Notes: generated from the sequence alone by a model not told the origin. A stretch of 64,000 bases of DNA from Podarcis bocagei (GCA_964188305.1 OZ076888.1), one strand, 5' to 3'; numbered from the stretch's first letter, positions 25,111-37,909 are shown. Program-made: numbers and translations.

Positions 25111-26190
25111 CAAAATCCACTTCCCATCTGTCCCATCGCCAGCAGAACCTGCCATTCGCCCAGCCAAATGCATCAGCCATTGACGCAGCAACCAAAAACA
25201 CGCACAATAGCCGCTGACAGCCGTAGCAGCAGCTAATCAAACGCCCACCCTCTGCACTTCCCATGTATAAGACGACCCCACTTTTTAGCATGAGTTTTAG
25301 AGGAAAAAACCGCATAGTCTTATACACGGGAAAGTACGGTATGTGAACTTCCTATAGAACCTTGAGGTGTTGCACTCAAACTATGTATGTGAGTCTGCTC
25401 GAATCGGCGTCTACCAATTAATTTATTTCTACTGCCGTACTTTAAAAGAGCAAGTATGACAGGCCCCTTCAGATCCACAGGACCTTCAATCTGAAACAAA
25501 GAAAGGGGGAAATGGAAACGAGAGTACACAGAGAAAGAATATGATCATTACAATTACGCACACTTAGTTACTGTAAGGCATACGGATTGGGGGGATGGGA
25601 CACCCAGAAAAGGTGTTTTGAAATAAGGGAGGTGGTTGCACAGAGGCATTCTGAGAGGCAGGCCCCGGCATACTGGACAGCACGGGGAAATGGACAGAAT
25701 ATTCAGGAAGCAGGGGGCTTTTGGACAGCTAAGGCTGGTCGAGCTAGATAAAATCACAGAGAGGGAATATAAGAATGGAGAGAGACAAGGCAACAACTGA
25801 TGGTGAGGAGAAGTTTGTGCAGGATCTTGGAGGGAAACAGAAACCAGAGAAAGGATTTAAGTAGGAGAGTACCAGTGAAGTTTCAATAAAGCAAGCATCT
25901 TGTACATGAACAACAGTTTGAGGAGTCACTCACAATGGAATTCATGAAGCTTAACAGTACAGGTTGGCTGAAATAGTTTTTACCCACATAATAAGTGGAT
26001 AGCCTAAGCAAGTAAGCCTAGCCTGGGGCAAATAGTAACTAGAATCCTATACATATAAGTAAAGGTCTATAGAAAGTATCTAATATAAGAGGTGACTAAT
26101 GTAAGAGGTGTTTATTATCAGTGTGTCTCTGCTTCAAAAAACGTCACATCTCATTTGTGTCATTTGCCTCCTTGTCTCTTCTGCTTCAAG

Positions 26191-26314
26191 GTATGTCGGC
26201 CGTGAACCAGCTGCCGCTCCAGCAACTGGTAACAAGAACACGCATCTCGTGTCACTCAGAAGGTTTTTGGACACAGCCTTCAACCTGGAGGCATTTGAAG
26301 GAAAGATGTTTTGA
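26191..26314 (+). CDS. OGDHL: OGDHL last coding exon ([40 protein letters not shown])
   Basis: tcaag|G acceptor, TGA stop; C-terminus resembles OGDHL ([20 protein letters not shown]) rather than OGDH; synteny with C10orf53 and CHAT. Confidence 0.93.
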
Positions 26315-28450
26315 TTGTAACGTTGTGGCCCATTATCTCCGTATGTAGTATAGTATGTATGTATTTAGGGAAGGCCATGACCATAACATGAAATAAAATT
26401 CAGCAGGGAAAGACTTCTTGGAATTTTTTTTGAGGTTGGCTTTTTCAAAGACCTATTTTAAAGCTTACCTCTTCTAAACCACTGTGTGTATGTCGTAAAT
26501 GTTAAGGGTTCCTCTTAATTCTCATCCGGTCAATGTGGTTCTGTTGATTACATCACCGCTACCTCTTGTTAGGGAGATGGAAGAAACAATTATTTTGCTT
26601 TAAGTTTGGGAATATTCAAGAAAACTGGTGTGCATATTTTAATGGGATTTCCTAACATCAGATACTAATTTCTCTTTTACTGCAGGCTGTATAAATGGTC
26701 TCATATAGTTCAAATGAGCAACGTTTTTCTTGCAGATTCCACCCCACCCTGCCCCCAACCATTCTTTGTTGAATTCTCACATATCTGAATGCAGCAAACA
26801 ATTTAGCAGGCTTGCTTTCCATTTAGCCACCAGAACTGGGACACGAAACACATGGTACTGTTTCCTCTCCCTGTTAAGTGCTGGGGGGAGTTAGTGAGAG
26901 CATGTAGGAACCCCAACAAGAGCTGCTGCTGTGCTTACACTGGATTTTGGCATATTTCTTGTGTCAAAAAATGTGATCATTGCCCTTCAAGGTTGGTGGG
27001 GCAGTTGCAGACACCATTATAGTTCATGTTGAGATCCCTGCTGCTCCTTCCTGATTTACCCGGCAGTGGGGAAGTCTGCTTTGTTGTTTAAAAATCACAA
27101 GGTAAGTTTTGAATAAGTTACTGGGGGAAAACTGAGCAGATCTGGCTGTTTCTGATCAACTCTGGGCATTCTTGAAGCCCTGTACACTGTAGAATAGTTG
27201 AAACTATCAATGCAGTGGACAGGCGTAACAGCTGGGCTTTCTAAACAAGGGTTACAGTTCTGGTTTGCTTTACTCTAACAGGATCTAAAATATATTGGAA
27301 TTTTGCTTTGCATTATTTAACTCTAAATTGCATTAATTAGCTAGCTAGGCAGTGATCCTGTGCCCAGTTACATGGAACTGAGCAGCGTAGAGCACAATAG
27401 AACTTCTCAGTGAACATACTTAGGGTTGTGTTGTAAGTAGCCCCAAGGCACAGCATTTTGAGCTTTTTTAGAAACAAGAATTTTAAAGGGAAGAAGGATG
27501 CTGTCTAAATAATAATAGGTCTATATATTTTGCTCTGTTTTTACAAGGAAGGCCATCTCGGTATAACTTGAAATATTTTCTGTCTCCTTTTGAGTGATAA
27601 ATGCTCTTGTGGCTGGGAACGCACAAATTTAGGGAACACAATTAACATAGACATAAAAAGTAGGAAATGGCAGGCTTCCATTTTCATTGCTGGTTGCGGA
27701 CTGTAGCATTATATTTTAAAAAATAAATTCTATCCAAGAATGTGAAAAATAAGCGGTGGAATATAATGTCTGTTTTCTTTATGGTTGTTTTTTGACAGCT
27801 TATCCCCTGGGAATTGGTATTAGCATCCCATTCACAAAAATGCTGGCATCTTGCAGATCTTCTTTTCTGTATTTTTCTCTTCCTCTGTCTTCTCTATATT
27901 TTGACTTGAAGTCTGTAGAATTTAATACAGTGAAAGGAACTAGTCTGTTTGGGTACAGGTTTTTAAAGAAATCTGTTCTATTTTATTTTTTTCCAAAAAG
28001 TTGATTACTGTTGGCACTGGTGAAAGAGAAGATGAAGTAATTAGAACATGTTAACAAAACTGTTCATACCTCTGGCAAACTCAAAACAAAGCTAGTTTCA
28101 TTCATTTACCAAAACTAGTGAGCCATTGTCTTTATATATCCGTAACAGCAGCAAAGCTCTAATTTCTCTAGAGAAATTAAATGTTTTGAAATCTTGGGTT
28201 ACTTACTTCCCATTATAGAGATCTCTATCTTTACATCACTTCGTGTATATTTCATAATTTACAAGTGTCATTTACCTCAAATCAGCTGACAAGTATAAGG
28301 AGTTTTTCCGATGTAGCCCATTTTTCTCCCAGAAAATCACTCTGTGTTAGTGTGTCTCTTCTGGTATTTTCAGAAACTTTATGAAATTCACTGGCTTGCT
28401 TATTATTTTGCATTGTGGCTTTCGTGCCTAAGACACCATGAATGAGTGAA

Positions 28451-28500
28451 AATAAAATGTATGCAGAAAAGAGCAATGTCTTGTGTGTTTCTTGTTTTTA
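28451..28500 (+). terminator. Candidate OGDHL polyadenylation signal
   Basis: AATAAA at 28451-28456 followed ~20 nt later by a GU/U-rich tract (gtcttgtgtgtttcttgttttt); other AATAAA hexamers occur earlier (e.g. near 26392, 27722). Confidence 0.4.
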
Positions 28501-28588
28501 GTTGGAAAGGGGTCTCTCAATTCAGCAAAAAGAACAGTATGCTTAGGTGACAATTCTATCTAAGTTCCATTAAACTTAATGGGACTTA

Positions 28589-30254
28589 CCGTATTTTTCG
28601 CCCTATAGGACACACTTTTTCTCCTCCAAAAATGAAGGGGAAATGTGTGTGCGTTCTATGGGGCGAAAGCCTTGGGAGCCCAGTGGGAGTTCCCGCGGAA
28701 GGCACCCACTCCGTCTCCAGCAGGGACGCGGCGTGCGGGGAGCCTCCGCCTGGGTGGGAGACGAGGCAATGCCGGGGCCTCCGGCCGAGCTCCGCGGTGC
28801 CTGCAGCCGCACTTGCTGCTGCTTCTGGAAAGGCGAGCTGCTCCTGACGCGGGGAGAACCAGGGACATGCAGCCGATGCCCCTCCGGCCCTGGCCAGGTG
28901 AGCTGGCGGGCAGGTTGGGTGGCCAAGCGGGGTTGGTTGGGGGAGCAGGCGGGCGCGCAGCGCGGGGCCACGGAGCCACCCAATGGGAGAGCCGAGCGCA
29001 GCCCCTGCAGGAGGACAGCGGGGCGCCACCCATGGAGAGCCCCGCTGCGCTGGAGGACACACTCTTCGGCTGCCCACCCACCTCGGGGCTGCCTGGCGTT
29101 GTGCGTCCGGCTGCCCCTCTTTCCTTGGAAGCGGTGCAGACTGCGAGGGAAGGGGGGATCCCAGATCTCTGCCCGGTACAGCGGGCCTGAGTCCCGACGC
29201 AGCTGAGCTGGGGTGGGCGGCGGGAGGCACCGGGAAGAGAAGCTGGAGCGGTTCGGGAGGGATCTCCCAACTTATTTTCGGAGCGTTGTGGAGGGAGGGG
29301 GACTTGCGCGCTTAAGGCGGCAAAGAGCCACTTGCAAAACAACCGCTGATCTTTCGGCACTTCGCATTAGCAGAGGGGGTGGCGAGGGGAAGCATCTGCC
29401 CAAGGAGCGGCGGGAGGGGAGGCATTGCTTGTTCTTGTTTCGTTAGCCTTCCGGATTTGCCTGCTTCTGGTGGTGCTTTGGGGCTGGTCACCGCGCACCT
29501 GCTTATCACTTGTGGACTTGTTGCTTGGAGACGCCTAGCTCCAGCTGTGCTAACTTTCTCCGCTGAAGTGCAGTGCACCTGAGTCAGCTTCGGAGCAGAC
29601 AAAGAGTTCTGCTTGCCGCCTGTGACTCGCCCGGATGGCTCATTCATGGGCAAGTCACTGCAAAAAAACCGGGGATATGTCTTCTTAGCCCCGCCGGAGT
29701 ACTTTTTAAAAGGCAGTGAGCCTTAAGGCTAGAGAGGTAGAGGAAGCAACACTCCAAGTGAACGACTGCAGACTTCTTTGCCTTTGCAAATGCATCATTT
29801 GTCAGACTTCTGAAATGTCAGTTTGTGCATCATTGCTTTGGCTATGGTGCAGACCCCTCCCAAAGTTTTTATAAATAACACAAAACAATTTGAAGTGCTT
29901 GGTTGTCAGGGTGCTGCCTCATTTTCAGGGACTGTCTCTTAATTCTGGACATCACTGCCCCATAAGGAGCACGATCCCATATTCACAACTGCTAGGCACT
30001 GTAGAGACTTCTTAGGATGAAAACCTTATCAGTGCTGGTTGTGTATAAACTTTCTGAGCAGTCAATTATTTGTAGCGAAGCTGTGCTTTGTGGTTGCTTT
30101 TTTAAAAAGGGGGTTAAACTTAAGACTCTGTAAAAGGAAGGTTTTACCTGTGGGTTCTGAGATCTTTTTTCTGAATTCCCCCCCCCTTTATTTCCCCCCA
30201 AAAAAACTAGGTGCGCCCTATGGGCCGGTGCGTCCTATAGGGCGAAAAATACGG
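28589..30254. mobile_element. 1.67-kb non-autonomous Tc2-like element with a CpG-rich interior
   Basis: Perfect 23-bp TIR CCGTATTTTTCGCCCTATAGGAC, TA on both sides; no transposase ORF. Confidence 0.88.
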
Positions 30255-30334
30255 TATTTTTGAGAAAACATGTATAGGGTTTACTGACAGTCAACAACTA
30301 ATGTTTATTCAGAGTAGATCTGATGAAATTAATC

Positions 30335-30950
30335 GTAGAATTGTAGAATTGGAAAGGCCCCGAGGGTCATCTGGTCCAACCCCCTGCAACAAAGGAATTA
30401 CAACTAAAGCACCCATGACAGATGGCCATTCAACGTCTGCTTAAAAATCTCCCATGAAGGAGAGTCCACCACCTTCTGAGGGAGTCTGTTCCACTGTCGA
30501 ACAGCTCTTACCAACAGAAAATTATCCCTGATGTTTAATCAGAACCAACTTTCCTGTAACTTGATGCCATTCATTTGCCTCCGGAGCAGGAGAAAACAAG
30601 CTTGCTCCATCTTCCATGTGACAGCCCTTTAGATATTTGAAGATAGCAATCATATCTTTTCTAGGCTAAATATACCCACTTCCTTAACCGTTTCTCATAA
30701 GGCTTGCTTTCCAGACCCTTACTCATCTAGCTTGCCCTCTGCACACATCTGAACTTGTCCATATCCTTAAATTGTGCTTAGAACACCTCACCTGCTCCTC
30801 AAAAGATTATAGTCAGAGGCTCTGAGATTACACCCACAAACTCCTTTAATACCCTTGGGTGCAGCTCATCAGGCCCTGGAGACTGGAAATCATTTAAAGC
30901 AGCTATGTGTTCCCTTTCCACCTCTCCTATCTTGAGCTACATCATTGATC
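30335..30950 (-). mobile_element. Degenerate CR1 LINE fragments
   Basis: CR1-like 3' end (GGTTGGACCAGATGACC...ATTCTAC tail on the minus strand) and RT-upstream peptide SPGPDELHPRVLKE...SEPLTIIF. Confidence 0.75.
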
Positions 30951-32305
30951 CTTGCGTCATTGATGCTGTTATCTCCATGTTGGGCAATTCCGCCTTCTCT
31001 CTAACCCAGGTTAGTCCCGGCCATTAATTTCAGTGCGCCTGTTCTGATTAAAACTCAACTGAATCCATTGCCAAGTGGTTTACCAAAAAACAGGCAAGGG
31101 ATTGTTGTATCGCAATGCAGTCTTGTGTAACGCTCTCCGGCCAAACATTTGGATGCCTGTCACACCCCTTTCCACTACTGCCTCTGAAGGACGCTAGCTG
31201 TTTGTGAAATTAGGAAAACGATGGAAGATATTGCACAAATTGTATGTAAGGGTCTCGCTCGGAAAAGGGAAATAGTTGGAGTAATTGTGGTGTTCTGCCA
31301 TTAATGCCACTCGACTGCTGATTGCAGCACCATTGCTGCACAGCTGGCAAAGATCTAAGTATGCTTCCCCCCCGACGGCAAACAGTTCTGAGGACTGATG
31401 GGGGCGCAGGGCAAAAGCACTTAATGATACATTTTCTTCAATGATGAAGAATACTTCAGATCCATTTGGGGGATGAGAAATGTGTCCTAATGAGGCAATT
31501 AGTCAAGACAAAAAAGGCTGTAAAGCAATTTAATTAACACTGCTCCTGGTACATTTGAGGACAACTTTGTATCTTCTGGAGATTACATTTCTCATTGGAG
31601 TGAACAATGGCCTGCTGCAGTCCAGGTTTTGCATGGGTAAGTCATTGGAGGATGCAAATACATCTCATAAACGATGGGATGCATCGCAAAAGAAAGCCTG
31701 TGTAGCGGATAGAGTATTGAGCATCTAAGCAACCGAGATTCAGATCCCCACTTAGTTTGCTGGGTGCCACCACTGGTCCCTTTCAGTCTCAGTTGGGACC
31801 AGATCGTGGTGGACTGCGCTGAGGTCTTCGGAAGAGCTGTAAGATGCAGGTCAGATCCACACGACACATTTAAAGCAGGACTGTCTTGTAATTTGATATA
31901 TCTAGAAGACATCATACAAAGTCTACAGTTTGAGGAGTTGCAGATCATGGGTAGATGCAAGACTAGCCACTACCCAAACGTATCTCTCCAAACGTAGTCA
32001 TCTGAGGATGGTGGCCTTATATCTTAATCATTGTTTGCACATCTTGATTGCACATGATCCAAAAGAAACAGAACTGTCATCCCACACTGCCTATCAAGCC
32101 AATACCAGCCCTGAGGTTAAATCTCTGTGGCCAGTTAAACTGCCTCTTCCACCTGGATGCTTTTAGCCACACTGGTGGTGAAATAAGAGGACTCAATAGA
32201 ACCCTTTTGAAAGACAGGGTTAACAACGTAATGGACGATGCAAGGAAAGAGTCTTATTTATTTGATGTGAGATTTGCTGTCAAGAGCACACACTGGGCCT
32301 CTTAC

Positions 32306-32370
32306 TCAGTAAGCGTTTAACACTGCATGTCTAGCTTCTTGGCAAAGTGGGTCCAACAGGCCATCGCCTC
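32306..32370 (-). CDS. C10orf53: C10orf53 exon 3 (GGDGLLDPLCQEARHAVLNAY*)
   Basis: (ct)n-cag|GA acceptor, TGA stop; spliced CDS 279 nt = 92 aa; conserved DPLC..AR.AVLNAY terminus; AATAAA on the minus strand at 32262-32257. Confidence 0.9.
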
Positions 32371-32559
32371 CTGAGAGAGAGAGAGATGGACAATGTTAAA
32401 ACATAAATAGGTCATTGGAGGTTTCCCCCCACCTCTTAAAAAGGACACTGCTGTTCATGGCTTCAGGAAGCCTGGAAAAGTTTTGCAATGCTATTCAAGC
32501 CTCTTGATTGGTGTGTGTGTTGATTTCCCTCTGCTGTACCATATAACGCTAGAATTCCT

Positions 32560-32890
32560 CAGCCCAGTATATCTGAAGGAGCATCTCCACTCCCATTGTT
32601 CAGCCCAGACACCGAGGTCCCGCTCCGAGGGCCTTCTGGCAGTTCCCTCCCTGCGAGAAGTGAGGTTACAGGCAACCAGGCAGAGGGCCTTCTCGGTAGT
32701 GGCGCCCACCCTGTGGAATGCCCTTCCATCAGATGTCAAGGAAATAAACAACTCTCTGACTTTTAGAAAACATCTGAAGACAGCCCTGTTTAGGGAAGTT
32801 TTTAATGTTTGATGTTTTATTGTGCTTCTAATATTCTGTTGGGAGCTGCCCAGAGTGGCCGGGAAACCCAGCCATATGGGCGGGGTACAA
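32560..32890 (+). mobile_element. L2-clade LINE 3' fragment
   Basis: YLKEHL...RQRAFSVVAPTLWNALP...FRKHLKTALFREVFNV. Confidence 0.85.
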
Positions 32891-32907
32891 GTAATGAATT
32901 CTTCTAA

Positions 32908-33001
32908 TTCTTCTTCTTCTTCTTCTTCTTCTTCTTCTTCTTCTTCTTCTTCTTCTTCTTCTTCTTCTTCTTCTTCTTCTTCTTCTTCTTCTTCTTCTTC
33001 C
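32908..33001. repeat. (TTC)n microsatellite
   Basis: About 31 units. Confidence 0.95.
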
Positions 33002-33634
33002 ACCAGCCCAAACCTGGGCACTGTATACTGTATTTGATTGTTGTATCTAATATTTGTGGGAGGCTGAGGATGTGTTGCTCTGGAGGCAGGAAGGGCTCTC
33101 ACACAAGGGTACACAAACATCCAGGTCGATTTCATCTCCTGCCCTCCATTTTTCTTTTGTGTATGTGCTGTTTTCAACTCACCCATCTCAAACAGCTCTG
33201 CACAATAACTCGCAAAGTCAGCCTGAATAATAGTTTCCTCTCTGCAGGCTCAATTTCCACCAGTAGTCTGCAGGTTCTTATCTGGGTCCCCCCCCCCTTG
33301 AATACCATTTTCTTTTAATTCACAAACATGTCTTCCATATACCTAGCTGTTTGGGGGCAAGCTGGGGGAAGGGTTTGGGCAAGCTGTGAGGGGAGAGTCA
33401 ACAGAGTAGGTGAGGTGTCAAGGGACGAGGGGTTGCCTAGTTGTGGGAGAAGGGATCGGCAGTGGGGTTGGGGGCTAGGGATTTTTGGCGAGCAGATCCC
33501 ACAGTTAGAATCAAAATCTATGAGCCCTACTAAAGAACGGAAGGAGCCATCTGTATTTCTTCTATCATTTTTTTTACATTTCTTAGAAATGTTTTTTAAA
33601 AGCAAAACAGAAAACAAGTTTATATTGTACCCAC

Positions 33635-33754
33635 CGAAATCCAGATCGTTAATGTTGCACTGAAACACAGTCTCTCCATTTACTATGAGCTGCACTTCAT
33701 TCCAATCTGGTATTTCTTCAAGGATTACCTGGTGTCCATCGGCTTTCAGCACAG
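33635..33754 (-). CDS. C10orf53: C10orf53 exon 2 (AVLKADGHQVILEEIPDWNEVQLIVNGETVFQCNINDLDF)
   Basis: ctgtag|CT ... G|gtgggt, 120 bp, phase 1-1. Confidence 0.9.
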
Positions 33755-34599
33755 CTACAGAAAGGCAGTAGGTAGGTAATGTTGCTAAAATACAATGCTA
33801 TTGACAACCAGATTCAGATAAGAAATGGAGAATACTGCTGGTTTGTAGTACTTCTTGTTACTTTAAGGGGTGCGTCATCCGAGTAAGCAGCTGAATTTCT
33901 TAAAGACACTTAAGATTTATATCAAGACAGCTAAGAATAATATCGTGCATTCATTTGGGAGGAATATGCATTAATACGGTTTAAAAATAGGAGGAGCAAT
34001 ACCGAGTCGGATGCTGAAGTTTCGTCATGTGTTCTCTGAGTCTGTAGCAGGAAAGCAACAAACATGGTTTCAGAGTCAAGGGTAGGGTACGAGGGTTTGA
34101 TATAAGGCAAAAAAGATGGTTTAAGGAGTGAAAGTTACTTTAGACATTTTGGCTAATCCGACTATACATCATCTAAAACATTTTGAGAGAGGGAGAACCT
34201 GGCATATCAGGACCTTCTCACAGAAAGAGGTTTGCTTACTTTGCAAGTTGAGTGGAATCTGTTCTGGAAGTCCATTCAGCTTCCAAAACATTTGAAAACC
34301 AAAGCGCGGCTTCTGATTGGCTGCAGGAAGCTCCTGCAGCCAATCGGAAGCTGTGGAAGCCCCATCAGATGTTCGGCTTCCAAAAAAAGTTTGAAAACCA
34401 GAACAATCACTTCTGGGTGTCAATCGTTCGAGAGCCAAAACGTTCGAGAACTAGGCTGTTCAATTTCCAAGGTCCAACAGTACCTTGGTAGGTGGGCACC
34501 AGAATGTTATGGAGAACGGCATTTGACAAAATGAACATGCGGGCTCAAGGAATATGGATTGCAGCAGACTTCATATCCCTTTACAAGCATTGTCACAAA

Positions 34600-35990
34600 C
34601 ACTTATTTCAAAACTGGGTTTAGGCCCACGTTCGGCACTGAAGTAGCCTTCATCACCCTGTTGACCTCTTGTGGGAGAAAGCATAGCCTCCGGCATTTCT
34701 CTGATTAAAATAGGGGTGTCCTATTCAAAAACAACAATTTTACTATTCATACCCCACCTATCTGACTGGGTTGGTTATATTTATATCCAACAAATATAAA
34801 AACGTAAGGGGGAAAAAAATAAACATTAAAAAAAATTCCCTATACAGGGCTGCTGCCTTCAGATGTCTCTAGGGCTGGATAATGCCATACCCTCCAATAT
34901 TTCTACAATGAAAATAGGGACACCCTAAGGAAAAGCAGGACATTCCAGAGTCAAATCAGAAACTGGAGCTGCTTCTGTGCATCCAGGACTGTCCCTGGAA
35001 AACAGGGGCACTTCGAGGGTCTGAGAAAGATGATGTTTCACTAAAGCAGTGGATCCTATCAACCATGGTATCTCACTGGTTTTATAGATTGAGAGTAGGA
35101 GTAAGAACAGTGATAAGCTGGTTCTGCTTCTGCTTACAGGGCCGCTTTTAGAAGACAGCACTGGAGGCGAGATTGCTTGATTCCATGGCAGTTGTGCTGT
35201 GGAGTCCTGTAAGGTTCTATCTTATCTCCCATGCTTCTAAACACCTATATGAATCCTCTGGTTAAGGTCATCGGGGAATGTGGAGTGAGATGCCATCAAT
35301 ATTCTGGTGACATATAATAATATTATAATAATTTATTATTTATACCCCACCCATCTGGCTGGGCTTCCCCAGCCACTCTGGGCGGCTTCCAAAAAATGTT
35401 AAAATACTGTGATACATCAAGCATTAAAAGCTTCCCTAAACAGGGCTGCCTTCAGATGTCTTCTAAAAGTCTGTTGTTGTTGTTCTATTTGACATCAGGT
35501 GGGAGGGCACCACTACCGAGAAGGCCCTCTGCCTGGTTCCCTGTAACTTGGCTTCTTGAAGTGAGGGAACTGCCAGAAGGCCCTCGGTGCTGGACCTCAG
35601 TGTCCGGGTAGAACGATGGAGGTGGAGACGCTCCTTCAGATATACTGGACCGAGGCCGTTTAGGGCTGTAAAGGTCAGCACCAACACTTTGAATTGTGCT
35701 CGGAAACATACTGGGAGCCAATGTAGGTCTTTCCAGACTGGTGTTATATGGTCTCGGCGGCCTCTCCCAGTCACCAGTCTGGCTGCCGTGTTCTGGATTA
35801 GTGTTCTGGATTAGAACACTGTGTTGTTCTCCTGCTCCTTGGGTTCAGAGACAGGCGATGCTGTGTCAGTACTGAATTTGTGTCTGGACTTGGCAAGGGT
35901 TTGGAAGAAGACCAATAAACTGAAGTTGAATTCTAATAAGATGGAGGCCCTATAGGTAGATGGTTCTCATGCCTGGGAATTAAGTGTAAA
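34600..35990 (+). mobile_element. Old degenerate L2-type RT fragment interrupted by younger elements
   Basis: Decayed motifs resembling GFRP..GTE.A (~34615) and GVPQGSILSPML.N.YM.PL..VI...GVRCHQY.DD (~35195-35312). Confidence 0.55.
35335..35800 (-). mobile_element. L2-clade LINE 3' fragment
   Basis: RDHITPV..DLHWLPVCFRAQFKVLVLTF.ALNGLGPVYLKERL peptide. Confidence 0.88.
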
Positions 35991-36412
35991 GGCCTTTCTG
36001 AAGTAAGCCTGGCTTTGACTTATAGGGGATTTCTTTTCTTGTTTTTAAATGAAAGGGATCTAAAGTCATTGAATCAACAGATGGATTTGGTATGATTAAG
36101 AACAATTGGAGGTTGATTGAACTCAAAAGTCGAGAGTAACTTACTTGTTGTGGCATCACACCATAATAGCCAATAATTAGCCTCCAAGTGGCCACAACCT
36201 TTTCATTTCTAATCTATTTTCTCATGCAGTCCGTTGCCCACTTACCTGGGTGTTAGCCCCACTGAACTCAATAGGATTTCTTTCTGAGTAAACATGCATA
36301 GCATTGCACTGTTAGTTCAGGAGATATGACTGCTTTTCAAATTTGCCTTGCCTGCAAATGTACAGGAATCACGTATGCTTGATTTAAAGATGGCCTTCTT
36401 TTGATTTTTAGT

Positions 36413-36680
36413 CTACGGTTGCCATACGTCCAGAATTTCCCGGACATAGCCGGGATTTGGCTGTTGGAAGCAGTATCTGGGTGGGAATCACTGTAATGTC
36501 CAGGAAAATCCAGATGTATGGCAACCCATGTTGGAAGTGTAGAATTTGGTGAATTTCCTTTTAAAAATGCAACAACTTTGGCAAAAAACTTGTTTTTCCC
36601 CCCAGATTTTTCAAAAACAGAAAACAAAACTCAAAAACTGTTGTGTCTGGATTTTCACTTTTTGAAATATGGCAGCCCCA
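36413..36680. mobile_element. hAT (Blackjack-like) MITE
   Basis: TACGGTTGCCATA...TATGGCAGCCCCA; inverse of the 15604 element. Confidence 0.6.
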
Positions 36681-36987
36681 CTCCGGTGTGCAAAAAAAGA
36701 GTGAGAGACTCAAAGTTGTTCTACTCCCCGTACTATGAAAACTTCTCTTCTGTCCCTTCACAAATGTAGCTTGGGTTGCCAACTAAGCTCATTTGCCCTT
36801 AGCTAGAGGAGGATGTGAAACTAGAAAAAGCCCAGCTATAGAAAAGAAGGGCATCCATGGTTTAATAACAACAAAAGCAAAATGAAAGTCGAAATCATAG
36901 AATTGCAGAGTTGTGTTTTTATATTGTAAACTGCCCTGTGATCTTCGGATGAAGGGCAGTATAGAAATTTAATAAAGAAAATAAAGA

Positions 36988-37045
<58 letters not shown>
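36988..37045. repeat. (AAT)n microsatellite
   Basis: Direct reading; probably a LINE tail. Confidence 0.95.
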
Positions 37046-37049
37046 TATT

Positions 37050-37275
37050 TCTACCCTGCCCATCTGGCTGGGTTTCCCCAGCCACTCTGGGTGACTTTCA
37101 ACAGAACATTAAAAACAGAATAAAACTTCAAACAATAAAAACTTCCCTAAACAGGGCTGCCTTCAGATGTCTTCTAAAAGTTGGATAGTTGTTCATTTCC
37201 TTGACATCTCATGGGAGGACGTTCCACAGGGTGGGTGTCACTACTAAGCAGGCCCTCTCCCTGGTTCCCTGTAAC
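37050..37275 (-). mobile_element. L2 3' fragment, head-to-head with the next copy
   Basis: Reverse complement of ~37590-37815. Confidence 0.82.
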
Positions 37276-37840
37276 CAGATTTACTGCAATGCGCTCTATG
37301 TGGGGCTACCTTTGAAGAGGACTCAGAAACTATAGCTAATCCAGAATACCGCAGCTAGACTGGTCAATGGGAGTGGCCTCTGAGACCATATAACACCTGT
37401 CCTGAAAGACCTATATTGTTTCCCAGTATGTTTCCGAGCACAATTCAAAGTGTTGGTGCTGACCTTTAAAGCCCTAAACGGCCTCGGTCCTATATACCTG
37501 AAGGAGCGTCTCCACCCCCATCGTTCAGCCCGGACACGGAGGTCCAGCTCCGAGGGCCTTCTGATGGTTCCCTCACTTCGAGAAGTGAAGCTTCAGGGAA
37601 CCAAGCAGAGGGCCTTCTCGGTAGCGGCACCCTCCCTGTGGAATGCCCTCCCATCAGATGTCAAGGAAATAAACAACTACCAGACTTTTAGAAGACATCT
37701 GAAGGCAGCCTTGTTTAGGGAAGTTTTTAATATCTGATGTTTTATTGTGCTTCTAATATTCTGTTGGGAGCCGCCTAGAGTGGCTGGAGAAATCCAGCCA
37801 GATGGGTGAGTTATAAATAATAAAGTATTATTATTGTTAT
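37276..37840 (+). mobile_element. L2-clade LINE 3' fragment
   Basis: YCNALYVGLPLK...HITPVLKDL...FRRHLKAALFREVFNI followed by an AT-rich tail. Confidence 0.88.
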
Positions 37841-37909
37841 TACCATCATCATCATTCCCACCCCATTTTCCTTCAGCATGGGACATGTCTGGCAGGCTAC
37901 GTCACAAAC

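Larger units (their letters stand above)
23871..25339. mobile_element. Tc2-like element (outer layer of a triple nest)
   Basis: CCATACTTTTCCGTCTATAAGA...TCTTATACACGGGAAAGTACGG|TA. Confidence 0.72.

Noticed and set aside
28586-29653. Multiple 110-234 aa ORFs that look like a CpG-island gene
   Set aside because: Bounded by TIRs and a TA duplication; ORFs open in many frames with no recognisable homology or transposase DDE motif
30720-30745. EGKLDE on the minus strand as possible C10orf53 exon 3
   Set aside because: Part of a CR1 fragment; the true exon 3 is at 32370-32306
31592-32320. Cluster of 77-122 aa ORFs between OGDHL and C10orf53
   Set aside because: No recognisable protein family; probably UTR or intergenic sequence
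32491-33186. 231-aa ORF with a poly-Glu tract
   Set aside because: Made of a (TTC)n microsatellite plus antisense L2 sequence
33315-33752. 145-aa ORF as a single-exon gene
   Set aside because: Only 33754-33635 is coding (C10orf53 exon 2); the rest is intron read-through
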